Shown here in pieces: positions 48,557 through 57,864 of a stretch of DNA of 64,000 bases. The first letter of the stretch is position 1. Each line of letters starts with the position of its first letter. The position numbers and the translations under genes are program-made. Origin of the DNA: an uncultured delta proteobacterium (GTDB taxonomy: Bacteria; Myxococcota_A; Polyangia; Polyangiales; B10-G4); contig CAVSGI010000027.1 of NCBI GenBank assembly GCA_963727445.1, positions 192,001 to 256,000 on the forward strand, in the 5' to 3' direction. The notes beneath the pieces are model-generated. The model worked only from the letters and a program-made list of their open reading frames with translations. It had not been told where the DNA came from and did no database searches.

Positions 48557-48714
48557 GACGCTGTCGACTCGAGTCGCGGACTCCCAGTCCGCGGGCACTT
48601 GGCGCTGCGGCCTTATAGATGAGCGTCGCGCTCGGCTCAAGCCCGACTTCGCGACGCCCTTTCGAACGCGGGGCTAGGGCCTTTGGGATGAGGGGTCAAG
48701 CACGGCGTCGCCTC

Positions 48715-49368
48715 CTAGGCGCGGATGCCCAGAAGCAACCCGTCCGGGGTGGGAAGACACACGGTCTCGAAGGCCTTCGCCGCCTCTTCGTGGAAGCGCC
48801 TCATCGCGGAAGCCCCCTCAGATTCCTTCAGCAAGTTGCCGAAATAGAAGGCGTTGTCGCCGAGGAGCAGGCCGCCCTTCCGGAGGTTCTGCGCCGCCCA
48901 GCGGCCGTACTTGTCGTAGTTGCCCTTGTCGGCGTCGACGAAGACCGCGTCGAAGGGGCCCTCCTTCTCGAGGGTCGGTAGGATCTCGAGGGCCGGGCCG
49001 AGGTGGATCTGGACGCGATCTGACAGACCCGCTTCCTCCACATTTCGACGGGCGACCTCGGCGTGGTGGGGGTCGAACTCGATGGAATGGAGCCGGCCCG
49101 ACGGCGGAAGCGCACGGGCGATCCAGATGGCGGAGTAGCCGGCGAGCGTACCCACCTCCACCACTTTCTCCGCGCCGGCGAGGCGGAGGAGCATGAACAA
49201 CGCCTTGCCCTCGGACACCCCCACCTGAATCGCCGGCATGCCCTCCGCGCCGGGCGCGGCGAAGGCCTGCGCCAGCGCGGCGTCGTGAGGTGCGTGCACG
49301 CTCTCCAGCCACTCGAGGACCTCGGGGTCGGCGTAGGTGCGCCCGCTGCGTGATTCGGAATCGGCCAT
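48715..49368 (-). CDS. O-methyltransferase (caffeoyl-CoA OMT-like)
   Basis: VEVGTLAGYS, FDAVFVDADKGNY, GDN. Confidence 0.9.
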   Translation of the reverse strand: MADSESRSGRTYADPEVLEWLESVHAPHDAALAQAFAAPGAEGMPAIQVGVSEGKALFMLLRLAGAEKVVEVGTLAGYSAIWIARALPPSGRLHSIEFDPHHAEVARRNVEEAGLSDRVQIHLGPALEILPTLEKEGPFDAVFVDADKGNYDKYGRWAAQNLRKGGLLLGDNAFYFGNLLKESEGASAMRRFHEEAAKAFETVCLPTPDGLLLGIRA

Positions 49369-49443
49369 GGCCCGACCATAGCCGCCCGTCGAGCCGCTGC
49401 CAGCGGGTTTGGTGGGTCTACGCCTCACAAGTACAATGCGCCC

Positions 49444-51507
49444 GTGCGCAGCACACGGCCGCCGCCTCCTGCGCCGCCTCCCAACAGCAGGTTCGGCAAA
49501 TACACACTCGTCGATCGGCTCGCTGTCGGTGGCATGGCCGAGGTGTTTCGCGCGCACGAGCCCAGGCCGGCCGGCGAGCCGCGGCTGGTGATCGTCAAGC
49601 GGATGCTGCCCGAGATCGCCGCCAAGCCTGGAGCGCGCGCGATGTTCGAAGCGGAGTCGCGCCTGGGGACGCTGATCGCGCACGACTCGGTGGTGGAGGT
49701 GCTGGGCTTCGGCGAAGAGGAGGGCCAGCCCTACCTGGTCCTCGAGTACGTGCGCGGCCTCGATCTATGGCGCCTCGGCCGGCATCTGACGCGAACGGGC
49801 GAAACGCTCGGCGTGCCGCTGTCCATCTTCCTCTTGAGGCAGCTCCTCGATGCGCTCCATGCGGTGCACGAGGCGAAGGACGAAAACGGCGCGCCGCTCG
49901 CGATCGTCCATCGCGACGTCAGCCCCTCGAACGTGCTCCTGTCGATGCATGGAGACGTCAAGCTCGGGGACTTCGGGATCGCGTACGCCGAGCTGCGCGA
50001 GAGCATGCCGCAAGCGGCGGTGAGCGAGCACGCCAAGGGCAAGCTGGGCTATCTCGCGCCGGAGCAGGTCACGGGCCTCGACTGCGACCGCCGCGCCGAC
50101 GTCTTCTCGGCGGCGGTGATCGGGGCGGAGCTCCTGATGGGGCGCCCCCTCTTCGCCGGGGGGAGCGAGCTCGCCATCCTGTTGGCCATCCGCGACGCGC
50201 AGGTGCATCCGTTCCTCGAAATCGCGCGCTCGCTGCCCGAGGGGCTGGGCGACGTGCTCGCCAAGGCGCTCCAGCGGAAGCCTCAGGACCGCTATGACAC
50301 GGCGGGAGAGCTCTCGGCGCTTCTCGCTCCGTATCAGGACGCGCCGGAGCCCGCGCTGCGGAGGGAGCTCGCCGACATCGTCAGCAGCGCGATGCAGGTG
50401 GTGGAGGCGGAGGCGCACGTCGAGGCGACGCCGCTGTTGCCGGAAGAGCAGCTCGACGAGAGCGTCCCGGGTGGCGTTCCCCGTGAGCTGATCCTGCGCA
50501 CCGCCGAGCACACGCCCATCACCGACGTCCTCGAGACGGGGCAGAGCGCGCCCGAGGAGGAGCCGCACTATCGAGTGCAGACCACCCTGGGGATGCGCTT
50601 CGGTCCGTGGACCTACGCGCAATTGGTGGAGGCGCTGGCCCTCGGCAAGGTCGGGCCGGAGGATCGCGTGCGTCGCGAGGACGGTGGCTCGGATCGGATC
50701 CAGGACATCGCGTCGCTGCGGCGCCACCTCGCCCCGCACAACCTCACCCCGGCCACCCGCGAGCAGGAGCCGCCGCAGGAGGCCTCGGACAATCTCCCCC
50801 TCGGCGACGGCGGCATCATTCGCGCTCTCGCCTGGGCGGCGATGCGGCGACACACGGGCCTTTGGCTCTGCGAGCTGGGGGGCGTGCGCAAGGAGGTCTA
50901 CCTCCATCAGGGTACGCCGCAGTTCGTGACCTCGAATCTCGCGGGCGAGCTCCTCGGCGAGTACCTGGTCGCGATGAGCGTGATCAGCCGAGGCGAGCTC
51001 GACATGGCGCTCGCGATCCTCCCGCGCTTCGAGGGGCGCCTCGGCGACACCCTGGCCGCGCTCGGCTTGGTCGAGCCGGTGCACCTCTTTCAGCACATCG
51101 CGGCGCAGGTGCGGGAGAAGCTCCTCGACCTCTTCCTGTGGAAGGGAGGCACCGCCACTTTCTACGAAGGGGTGGAACCGCCCCCGAGCGCCTTCCCCCT
51201 CGACCTCGACCCGTGGAAGATCATCGACGAGGGCATCGGCCGGCGCCTCGCGCAAGGTCGCGAGGACGCGCGCTTCGAAGGGAAGGACGCGCTGGTGCTG
51301 GCCCAGGTCTCCCCGCCGCCCGCGGGCTTCGTGGTGCAGGCGCTCCCCCGCGACATCCGAATGATCCTGCGCGCCCTCGAGACGCCGATGACGCTCGAGC
51401 GGCTGAGCTACGGTTTCCCGGACCTTCAGACCGGCAAGGGGACGCGGGTGAAGCGTGCGCTGGTCCTGCTCCTCGAGCTGCGCGCGGTGAGCTTTCACGA
51501 CGCCTGA
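49444..51507 (+). CDS. Ser/Thr kinase with GYF-like and DUF4388/MshEN-like C-terminal domains
   Basis: GGMAEVF, HRDVSPSN, DFGIA, GKLGYLAPE; FGPWT; RLGDTLAALGLV. Confidence 0.87.
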   Translation: MRSTRPPPPAPPPNSRFGKYTLVDRLAVGGMAEVFRAHEPRPAGEPRLVIVKRMLPEIAAKPGARAMFEAESRLGTLIAHDSVVEVLGFGEEEGQPYLVLEYVRGLDLWRLGRHLTRTGETLGVPLSIFLLRQLLDALHAVHEAKDENGAPLAIVHRDVSPSNVLLSMHGDVKLGDFGIAYAELRESMPQAAVSEHAKGKLGYLAPEQVTGLDCDRRADVFSAAVIGAELLMGRPLFAGGSELAILLAIRDAQVHPFLEIARSLPEGLGDVLAKALQRKPQDRYDTAGELSALLAPYQDAPEPALRRELADIVSSAMQVVEAEAHVEATPLLPEEQLDESVPGGVPRELILRTAEHTPITDVLETGQSAPEEEPHYRVQTTLGMRFGPWTYAQLVEALALGKVGPEDRVRREDGGSDRIQDIASLRRHLAPHNLTPATREQEPPQEASDNLPLGDGGIIRALAWAAMRRHTGLWLCELGGVRKEVYLHQGTPQFVTSNLAGELLGEYLVAMSVISRGELDMALAILPRFEGRLGDTLAALGLVEPVHLFQHIAAQVREKLLDLFLWKGGTATFYEGVEPPPSAFPLDLDPWKIIDEGIGRRLAQGREDARFEGKDALVLAQVSPPPAGFVVQALPRDIRMILRALETPMTLERLSYGFPDLQTGKGTRVKRALVLLLELRAVSFHDA

Positions 51508-51572
51508 GCGCCACCAGCGACGGACGAACGGCGCCTTTCCCTGTCCGTGGCGGCTGCTACTCTCCCGCGGCC

Positions 51573-52820
51573 ATGACCGCTCTACCCCTCGCGCCACCTG
51601 CCGGAATGCGGGACCTCTTGCACCCGCGCGCGGAAGCGCGTGGTGCGCTCGGGTCCGAGCTCGGGAGTCTCTTTGCGGCGCATGGCTACGACCTGGTGGT
51701 GACGCCGCCCTTCGAGCACGCAGAGGTCCTCGAGCGCGGTCTGGTGCAGCTCGACCGCCGTGATCTGTTGCGCTTCGTCGAGCCCGAGTCCGGTGAGGTA
51801 GCCCTTCTCCGGCCGGACATCACGCCGCAGATCGCGCGCGTGGTCGCCACGCGGATCGCGGATCTGCCACCGCCCTTCCGGCTTCGTTATCGAGGCACGG
51901 TGATCCGGCGGCGGCGCGGGCGCGCGCGCAAGCACCGACAGATCGTGCAGGTCGGCGTCGAGCACATCGGGGAGGCGAGCGCCGTCGCCGACGTCGAGAT
52001 CGCCACCCTCGCCTGCCGTGCCGCCGAGGTCGCAGGGCTTTCGGCGTTTCGCCTCGAGCTTCGCTCGGTGCGTCTCGGCGGCACGCTCCTCTCGCGCCTG
52101 CCACCAGAGGCGCGGGACGACGCGGAGCAGGCCCTTTCGGGCAAGGAGACCGCGGAGCTCGCGCGCATTCTCGGCCGGGTCGAGGTCGACGACGAGACGC
52201 GACGCGGCCTCGACGCGCTGCCGCGCCTCTTCGGGGGTCGCGAGGTGCTGAGCGACGCGCGACGGCTGCTCCCCACCAGCGTCGTGGGCCCCTCCCTCGA
52301 TGCCCTCGAGGTGCTCGCCGCCGGCCTCGACGAGAGCGGCGTCGGCGAGCGCGTGATCGTCGACCTCGGGGAGACGCGGGGCATGGCCTATTACACCGGG
52401 CCGAGCTTCGTGCTTCTCGCGGAAGGCCCCGGCGAGCCGGTGGGCGGCGGCGGGCGCTACGACGAGCTGCTCGGCCGCTTCGGCGCGCCCCTGCCCGCGA
52501 CGGGCTTCGCCATGGACCTGGGCAACCTCGAGTGGGCGCTGGGCGGTCAGGCCGCCAGGCGACGGCGAAGCGTGCGTATCGCGTGCTTCGGGGAGACCGG
52601 TCGCGCGCTTGTCTCCGCGCTTCGCGAAGCGGGTGCGCAGGTGGCCGAGCTGGCGGGCAAGGACGAGGCGGCGGCGCTCGCCTTCGCCCGTGCCTGGGGC
52701 TACGATGCCGCGCTCGCGCTCGGCGAAGAGCACCGGGCGCTGCGGGTTCGGGACGGATCCGAGCGCGCGTTGGGCGACGAGGACGCGCTGGCTCTTCTGA
52801 GCTGGGCCGCTCCCGATTGA
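51573..52820 (+). CDS. hisZ: ATP phosphoribosyltransferase regulatory subunit
   Basis: PAGMRD, LRPDITPQIAR, QVGVEHIG, YYTG, GGGRYD; lies directly upstream of purA. Confidence 0.9.
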   Translation: MTALPLAPPAGMRDLLHPRAEARGALGSELGSLFAAHGYDLVVTPPFEHAEVLERGLVQLDRRDLLRFVEPESGEVALLRPDITPQIARVVATRIADLPPPFRLRYRGTVIRRRRGRARKHRQIVQVGVEHIGEASAVADVEIATLACRAAEVAGLSAFRLELRSVRLGGTLLSRLPPEARDDAEQALSGKETAELARILGRVEVDDETRRGLDALPRLFGGREVLSDARRLLPTSVVGPSLDALEVLAAGLDESGVGERVIVDLGETRGMAYYTGPSFVLLAEGPGEPVGGGGRYDELLGRFGAPLPATGFAMDLGNLEWALGGQAARRRRSVRIACFGETGRALVSALREAGAQVAELAGKDEAAALAFARAWGYDAALALGEEHRALRVRDGSERALGDEDALALLSWAAPD

Positions 52821-52834
52821 GAGAGGACGAACCG

Positions 52835-54109
52835 ATGTCGGTGGTGTGTGTGGTCGGAGCGCAGTGGGGCGACGAGGGCAAGGGGAAGGTCGTCGACCTC
52901 TACGCCCAATACGCCGAGGTGGTGGTGCGCTACGGAGGCGGCGCCAACGCAGGGCACACCCTCGTGGTCGGCGGCGACAAGGTCGTCCTCCATCTCGTGC
53001 CTTCCGGGGCGCTGCAGCCCGCGGCGCAATGCGTCATCGGCCAGGGGACGGTGGTGGACCCGAAGGTGCTCATCGCCGAGCTCGACGAGCTGGCCCGGCG
53101 CGACCTCGACCCGTCGCGCGTCTTCGTCAGCGACCGCGCGCACGTCGTGCTTCCACAACACATGCTGGTCGACGGGCTCCGCGAGGCGGGGGCCGGCGCC
53201 ATCGGGACCACCAAGCGCGGCATCGGCCCCGCCTACGAAGACAAGGTCGCACGCCGCGGGGTGCGGGTGGGCGACCTCCTCGCGCCCGCGCGCCTGGCCG
53301 AGCGCGTCGAAGCGAACGTGGCCGCGTGGAAACCCGTCATCGAGAGCCTCGGTGGCGAGGTACCGGACGCCAAGGAGATCAGCGACGCCTACGCCGCCTA
53401 CGGCGAACGGCTCGCGCCGCACGTGCGCGACACGGCGACGCTGCTCTGGGATGCGATCGAGGGCGGCAAGAACGTGCTCCTCGAAGGCGCCCAGGGCGCG
53501 ATGCTCGACATCGACCACGGCACCTATCCCTACGTGACGAGCTCGACCGTCCTCGCGGGCGGCGCCTGCGCCGGTGCCGGCATCGGCCCCCTCGCCATCG
53601 ACCGCGTGGTGGGCATCACCAAGGCCTACACCACCCGGGTGGGCGGCGGCCCCTTCCCCACCGAGCTCCACGGCGAGATGGGCGAGACGCTGCGCAAAGC
53701 TGGCAACGAGTTCGGCGCCACCACGGGCAGGCCGCGTCGCTGCGGCTGGCTCGACATGCCCGCGCTGCGCTTCGCGGCGCGCGTGAACGGTCTGACGGAG
53801 CTGGCCGTGACCAAGCTCGACATTCTCACGGGCCTCGGAGACATCCAGGTCTGCACCCACTACGAGGGACCCGGCGCAGAGCGCCACGACATCCCGCCCT
53901 ACGACGGCCTCGACGCGCTCACGCCGATCTACGAAACGCTGCCCGGCTGGGACGAGGACCTCACCCGCTGCCAGACGATCGACGACCTCCCGAAGAACGC
54001 GAGCGCCTACGTCCGCCGCATCGCTGAGCTCTCCGGCGTGAAGGTCGGCATGGTCGGCGTCGGCGCCGACCGCGCGCAGACGCTACGGCTCCGCGATCCA
54101 TTCGCTTGA
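52835..54109 (+). CDS. purA: Adenylosuccinate synthetase
   Basis: GAQWGDEGKGK, GGANAGHT, IGTTKRGIGP, EGAQG, EFGATTGRPRRCGW. Confidence 0.97.
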   Translation: MSVVCVVGAQWGDEGKGKVVDLYAQYAEVVVRYGGGANAGHTLVVGGDKVVLHLVPSGALQPAAQCVIGQGTVVDPKVLIAELDELARRDLDPSRVFVSDRAHVVLPQHMLVDGLREAGAGAIGTTKRGIGPAYEDKVARRGVRVGDLLAPARLAERVEANVAAWKPVIESLGGEVPDAKEISDAYAAYGERLAPHVRDTATLLWDAIEGGKNVLLEGAQGAMLDIDHGTYPYVTSSTVLAGGACAGAGIGPLAIDRVVGITKAYTTRVGGGPFPTELHGEMGETLRKAGNEFGATTGRPRRCGWLDMPALRFAARVNGLTELAVTKLDILTGLGDIQVCTHYEGPGAERHDIPPYDGLDALTPIYETLPGWDEDLTRCQTIDDLPKNASAYVRRIAELSGVKVGMVGVGADRAQTLRLRDPFA

Positions 54110-54112
54110 GCG

Positions 54113-54499
54113 CTACGCCACCACCGCGATGGCGTCCACCTCGACCAGCACGTTCTTCGGCAGGCGGCTGACCTCTACCGTGGCGCGGGCGGGCGGCGCG
54201 TCGCCGAAGACGCCGCCGTAGACCTCGTTCACCACGGCGAAGTCGTCCATGTCGGCGAGGAAGATGGTGGTCTTGACGACGGTGGCGAAGCTCGCGCCGC
54301 CTGCGTTCAGGACGGCTTCGAGGTTCTTCAGCACGCGCTCGGTCTGTGCGCGCACGTCGCCCTCGCCCACCAGCTCGCCGCTCGCGGGGTCGAGGGCGAT
54401 CTGGCCCGAACAGAAGAGGAGCCCGCCGGCGCGGATGGCTTGAGAATAGGGACCGATGGCCGCGGGGGCGTCCTCGGTGGCGATTGGCTCGCGATTCAT
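54113..54499 (-). CDS. ridA: RidA/YjgF-family reactive intermediate deaminase
   Basis: APAAIGPYSQA, SGQI, PARATV, LPKNVLVE. Confidence 0.92.
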   Translation of the reverse strand: MNREPIATEDAPAAIGPYSQAIRAGGLLFCSGQIALDPASGELVGEGDVRAQTERVLKNLEAVLNAGGASFATVVKTTIFLADMDDFAVVNEVYGGVFGDAPPARATVEVSRLPKNVLVEVDAIAVVA

Positions 54500-54548
54500 G
54501 GCGCGGATGGTAGACCCGGACCAGGAAGAGTAGAAGGTCGACGAAACG

Positions 54549-56204
54549 ATGGCATTGCCGCTCGCCGATGCGCTCCTCGGGCCCGTGCTGGGCCTGCTCC
54601 TGGTAGCGCTCCTGCCCTTCGCGACCGGGCACCTCCTCGCGTGGGCCTATCTGGGCGACCTGCCGCCCGACGGCGAAGCCCGACGCCGCCGGCTCGTCCC
54701 CTTTCGCCGTGCCGCCCTCCTCTCCGGGCTCGCGCAGGTGCAGCTCGCGTGGATCCTCGGGGTCACCCGTCTCGGCCCGACCCTCGTCGACGAACCCGGC
54801 GGCGCGTGGAGCCTGCTCCTCGGCGCCGTCTACGCGAGCACCGCCTTTCTGAGCGGCGGTCTGGTGCGACGTCTCGAAGAGCCCCCACAGAGGCGCCGGA
54901 GCGCGCGCGCTGCGCTGATGCTGCGCCTGAGGCTCATCCCCTTTCTCGCCGCGCCGGTCGCGGTCGGGATCGCCACCACCCAGCTCCCCCTGATCCACGA
55001 TGACGGCGGCGACACGGCGGTCGCCTGGGGGTGGGTCGCGCTCGCCCTCGCGATCTGCTTCGCTGGCGTCGCGTACGGTGGGCTCATCCTCGCGCTCCTC
55101 ACCCGCTCCCTTCGCCCGGCCACGCCGCCGCTGCGCGCGCAGGTCGCCGCCGCCGCGAAGCGCGAGGGGATCGACCGCGTCCTCGCGCTCTGCCTCCCCA
55201 CCGGTGACGCGCCCTTCGTCAACGCCGCCGCGCTCCCATGGGCGCGCACGGTCGTGGTCACTGAAGCGGCGCAGCACCACCTCACGACCGAGGAGCTCGA
55301 CGGAGTCCTCGCACACGAAGCCGCACACTTGAGCGAAGGCCCGCAGGTCGCCTTCCTGCGCTTGTCGGCGGCCGCCCTCGTTCTCTTCGCACTCATGCCG
55401 GGCCTCGCCATCGCCTTCGGGCTCGGCTGGGATCGGAGCAGCATCCCCTACCTCGGCCTCTTCGCGATCGCCGGCCTCGCCTTCGTGAACGCGCGCCGCA
55501 TCGCTCGGCGGATGGAGGAGCGCGCCGACGCGCACGCGTGCGAGCACCTGGGCGGCGCGCCGCTGGCCTCCGCCCTGCGGCGCCTCTCCGCCCTGATGCA
55601 GCGGCCCATGGTCTCCGGAGGCAAGCGCATCCACCCTGGCCTGTGGGATCGACTCCGCGCCCTGGGCGACGACCCGGGCCCCAAGCCCGAGCCTCTGCCC
55701 AAGACGCCCGGGCTCTTCTTCGGGCTCGCGCTCTTCGTCGCCTACCTCGGCGCCCCGCTCCTGGTCTCGTATCTCACGAACACCACCGCCGCATCGATTC
55801 CGACCCTCGGCATCTCCGCGGCCAAGTCGCGACTGCTCATCGACCCCTGGGATGCGGAAGCGATGCTCGCGCTGGGCTGGCGGGCGCGCGAGGACGGCGC
55901 CCTCGAGGTGGCCTGGGCTCGCGCCGAGACGGCGGGGCGCATGAGCCCCGATCCCCAGGCCTACTACCTGCTCGTCTCGGAGCTCTCGGCCGCGGGTGGA
56001 GACTGCGAGGGCGCGAAGGAAGCTTTCGAGGCGAGCCTGAGGGCCGAAGCCGCCGAAGCGTTCGGCGACCCCTTCGGCGATCTCTCCCTCGGCAACTACA
56101 CCCTGCCGCCGACCCTGGTGACGGACTGTGAGCTCCCGCCGGGCGAGGTCTTCGGCGAGGAGTCGGTCGACCTCGAGCTCGAGCTCGAGCTCAGCGCCCC
56201 TTGA
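54549..56204 (+). CDS. M48-family membrane metalloprotease with TPR-like tail
   Basis: NAAA, ELDGVLAHEAAH, EERAD, HPGLWDRL. Confidence 0.8.
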   Translation: MALPLADALLGPVLGLLLVALLPFATGHLLAWAYLGDLPPDGEARRRRLVPFRRAALLSGLAQVQLAWILGVTRLGPTLVDEPGGAWSLLLGAVYASTAFLSGGLVRRLEEPPQRRRSARAALMLRLRLIPFLAAPVAVGIATTQLPLIHDDGGDTAVAWGWVALALAICFAGVAYGGLILALLTRSLRPATPPLRAQVAAAAKREGIDRVLALCLPTGDAPFVNAAALPWARTVVVTEAAQHHLTTEELDGVLAHEAAHLSEGPQVAFLRLSAAALVLFALMPGLAIAFGLGWDRSSIPYLGLFAIAGLAFVNARRIARRMEERADAHACEHLGGAPLASALRRLSALMQRPMVSGGKRIHPGLWDRLRALGDDPGPKPEPLPKTPGLFFGLALFVAYLGAPLLVSYLTNTTAASIPTLGISAAKSRLLIDPWDAEAMLALGWRAREDGALEVAWARAETAGRMSPDPQAYYLLVSELSAAGGDCEGAKEAFEASLRAEAAEAFGDPFGDLSLGNYTLPPTLVTDCELPPGEVFGEESVDLELELELSAP

Positions 56205-56973
56205 ATTCGGCGGGGCGCTTCGCGAGGAAGGCGTCCATACCCTCCTTCTGATCTTCGCTGGCGAAGCAGCCCGCGAAGAGGTCGACCTCGCGCGCGTTCG
56301 CGTCCGCGAGCTTCTGCCCCTCGCCTTCGAGGATCGCGCGCTTGGCGGCGGTCACGGCCAGCGGCCCCATCTCCGCGATTGTCTTCGCGGTGGCGCGCGC
56401 GGTCTCGAGGAGCGCGTCGGGCGCGACCACGCGGTTGACGAGCCCGATCCGCAGGGCCTCTTCGGCGTTCAACATCGCGCCGGTGTAGACCAGCTCCCGC
56501 GCCATGGCGACGCCCACTCGGCGCGCGAGGCGCTGGGTGCCGCCGAAGCCCGGGATGACGCCCAGCTTCACCTCGGGCTGGCCGAGCTTGGCCTTCTCGG
56601 AGGCGTAGATGAAGTCGCAGGCGAGCGCGAGCTCGCAACCACCGCCGAGGGCGAAGCCGTTCACCACGGCGATCACCGGACAGGGGAGCGACTCGATCAC
56701 GTCGAGGGCCTCGTGCCCCTCGGTCGCGAAGCGCTTCGCCTCGTCGGGGCCCATGTCCTTCATGGCGGCGATGTCGGCGCCGGCGACGAAGGCCTTGCCG
56801 GCGCCGGTGATCAGGAGACAACGCACCCCGTCGGTGCCTGCGGTCTGCTCCACCGCGCTCTTGATCTCGGCCAGCACGTCGGCGTTCAGAGCGTTCAGTG
56901 CATCGGGACGGTCGATGGTGAGGGTCGCGACGGGGCCCTCCACCTCGAAACGGACGTGCTTGCGCTCGCTCAT
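56191..56973 (-). CDS. crt: Enoyl-CoA hydratase (crotonase)
   Basis: [43 protein letters not shown]. Confidence 0.9.
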   Translation of the reverse strand: MSERKHVRFEVEGPVATLTIDRPDALNALNADVLAEIKSAVEQTAGTDGVRCLLITGAGKAFVAGADIAAMKDMGPDEAKRFATEGHEALDVIESLPCPVIAVVNGFALGGGCELALACDFIYASEKAKLGQPEVKLGVIPGFGGTQRLARRVGVAMARELVYTGAMLNAEEALRIGLVNRVVAPDALLETARATAKTIAEMGPLAVTAAKRAILEGEGQKLADANAREVDLFAGCFASEDQKEGMDAFLAKRPAEFKGR

Positions 56974-56974
56974 C

Positions 56975-57832
56975 TCAGCCCTCGTAGGTGTAGAAGCCGC
57001 GACCGCTCTTGCGTCCGAGCCAACCAGCGGCGACGTAGTTTCGGAGGATGGCCGGCGGGCGGTACTTGTCGTCGCCGAACTCGCGGTGGAGCACCTCGGC
57101 GATGAAGAGCACGGTGTCGAGGCCGATCAGATCGGAGAGCTCGAAGGGCCCCATCGGATGGTTGAGTCCGAGCTTGGCGCCGGTGTCGATGTCCTCGACC
57201 GTGCCCAGACCTTCCTGAAGGGCGAAGCACGCCTCGTTGAGGAAGGGGATCAGCATCCGGTTCACGATGAAGCCGGGCATGTCCTTGGTGGTGATGAGCG
57301 TCTTGCCCATCCGGTCCGCGAGCGTGCGCGTCGCCTGGTAGGTCTCGTCGCTGGTCTGCAAGGCGCGCACGATCTCCACCAGCTTCATGACCGGAACCGG
57401 ATTCATGAAGTGCATGCCGATCACCCGCTCGGGGCGCTTGGTCGCCGCCGCGAGCTTCGTCAGCGAGATGCTCGAGGTGTTGCTGGCGAGGATCGCGTCC
57501 TTCTTCATGGCGGCGTCGGCGTCCTCGAAGATCTTCGACTTGAGGCTCATCTCCTCAGTGGCCGCCTCGACCACGAAGTCCGCCTCCGCCAGGGCGGCGT
57601 AATCCCCCACGGGCTCGATGCGCCCGAGGATCGCATCGCGCTCCTTCGCGTCGAGCTTGCCTTTCTCGACCAATCGTCCGAGCGCGCGTTCGATGCGCCC
57701 CTTGCCCGTCTCGGCGAGGTCCTGGCTCGCGTCCTTGAGCAGCACGCGACAGCCCGATTGCGCAGCCACCTGCGCGATGCCCCGGCCCATCTGCCCGGCG
57801 CCGATCACTCCGAAGACCTCGATGTTCGCCAT
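56975..57832 (-). CDS. hbd: 3-hydroxybutyryl-CoA dehydrogenase
   Basis: GAGQMGRGIA, SNTSS, GMHFMNP, PGFIVNR, HPMGP, DLIGLD. Confidence 0.93.
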   Translation of the reverse strand: MANIEVFGVIGAGQMGRGIAQVAAQSGCRVLLKDASQDLAETGKGRIERALGRLVEKGKLDAKERDAILGRIEPVGDYAALAEADFVVEAATEEMSLKSKIFEDADAAMKKDAILASNTSSISLTKLAAATKRPERVIGMHFMNPVPVMKLVEIVRALQTSDETYQATRTLADRMGKTLITTKDMPGFIVNRMLIPFLNEACFALQEGLGTVEDIDTGAKLGLNHPMGPFELSDLIGLDTVLFIAEVLHREFGDDKYRPPAILRNYVAAGWLGRKSGRGFYTYEG

Positions 57833-57864
57833 GTCTCTTCTTCTCCTCGAACGGTGCCGACCGG

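Noticed and set aside
48575..48593. CGCGGACT-CCC-AGTCCGCG hairpin upstream of actA as an operator or riboswitch
   Set aside because: An 8-bp GC-rich stem can arise by chance and matches no motif I recognise.
56172..56192. CTCGAG hexamer run
   Set aside because: It is a short coding microsatellite (LELELEL) at a gene end with no supportable function.
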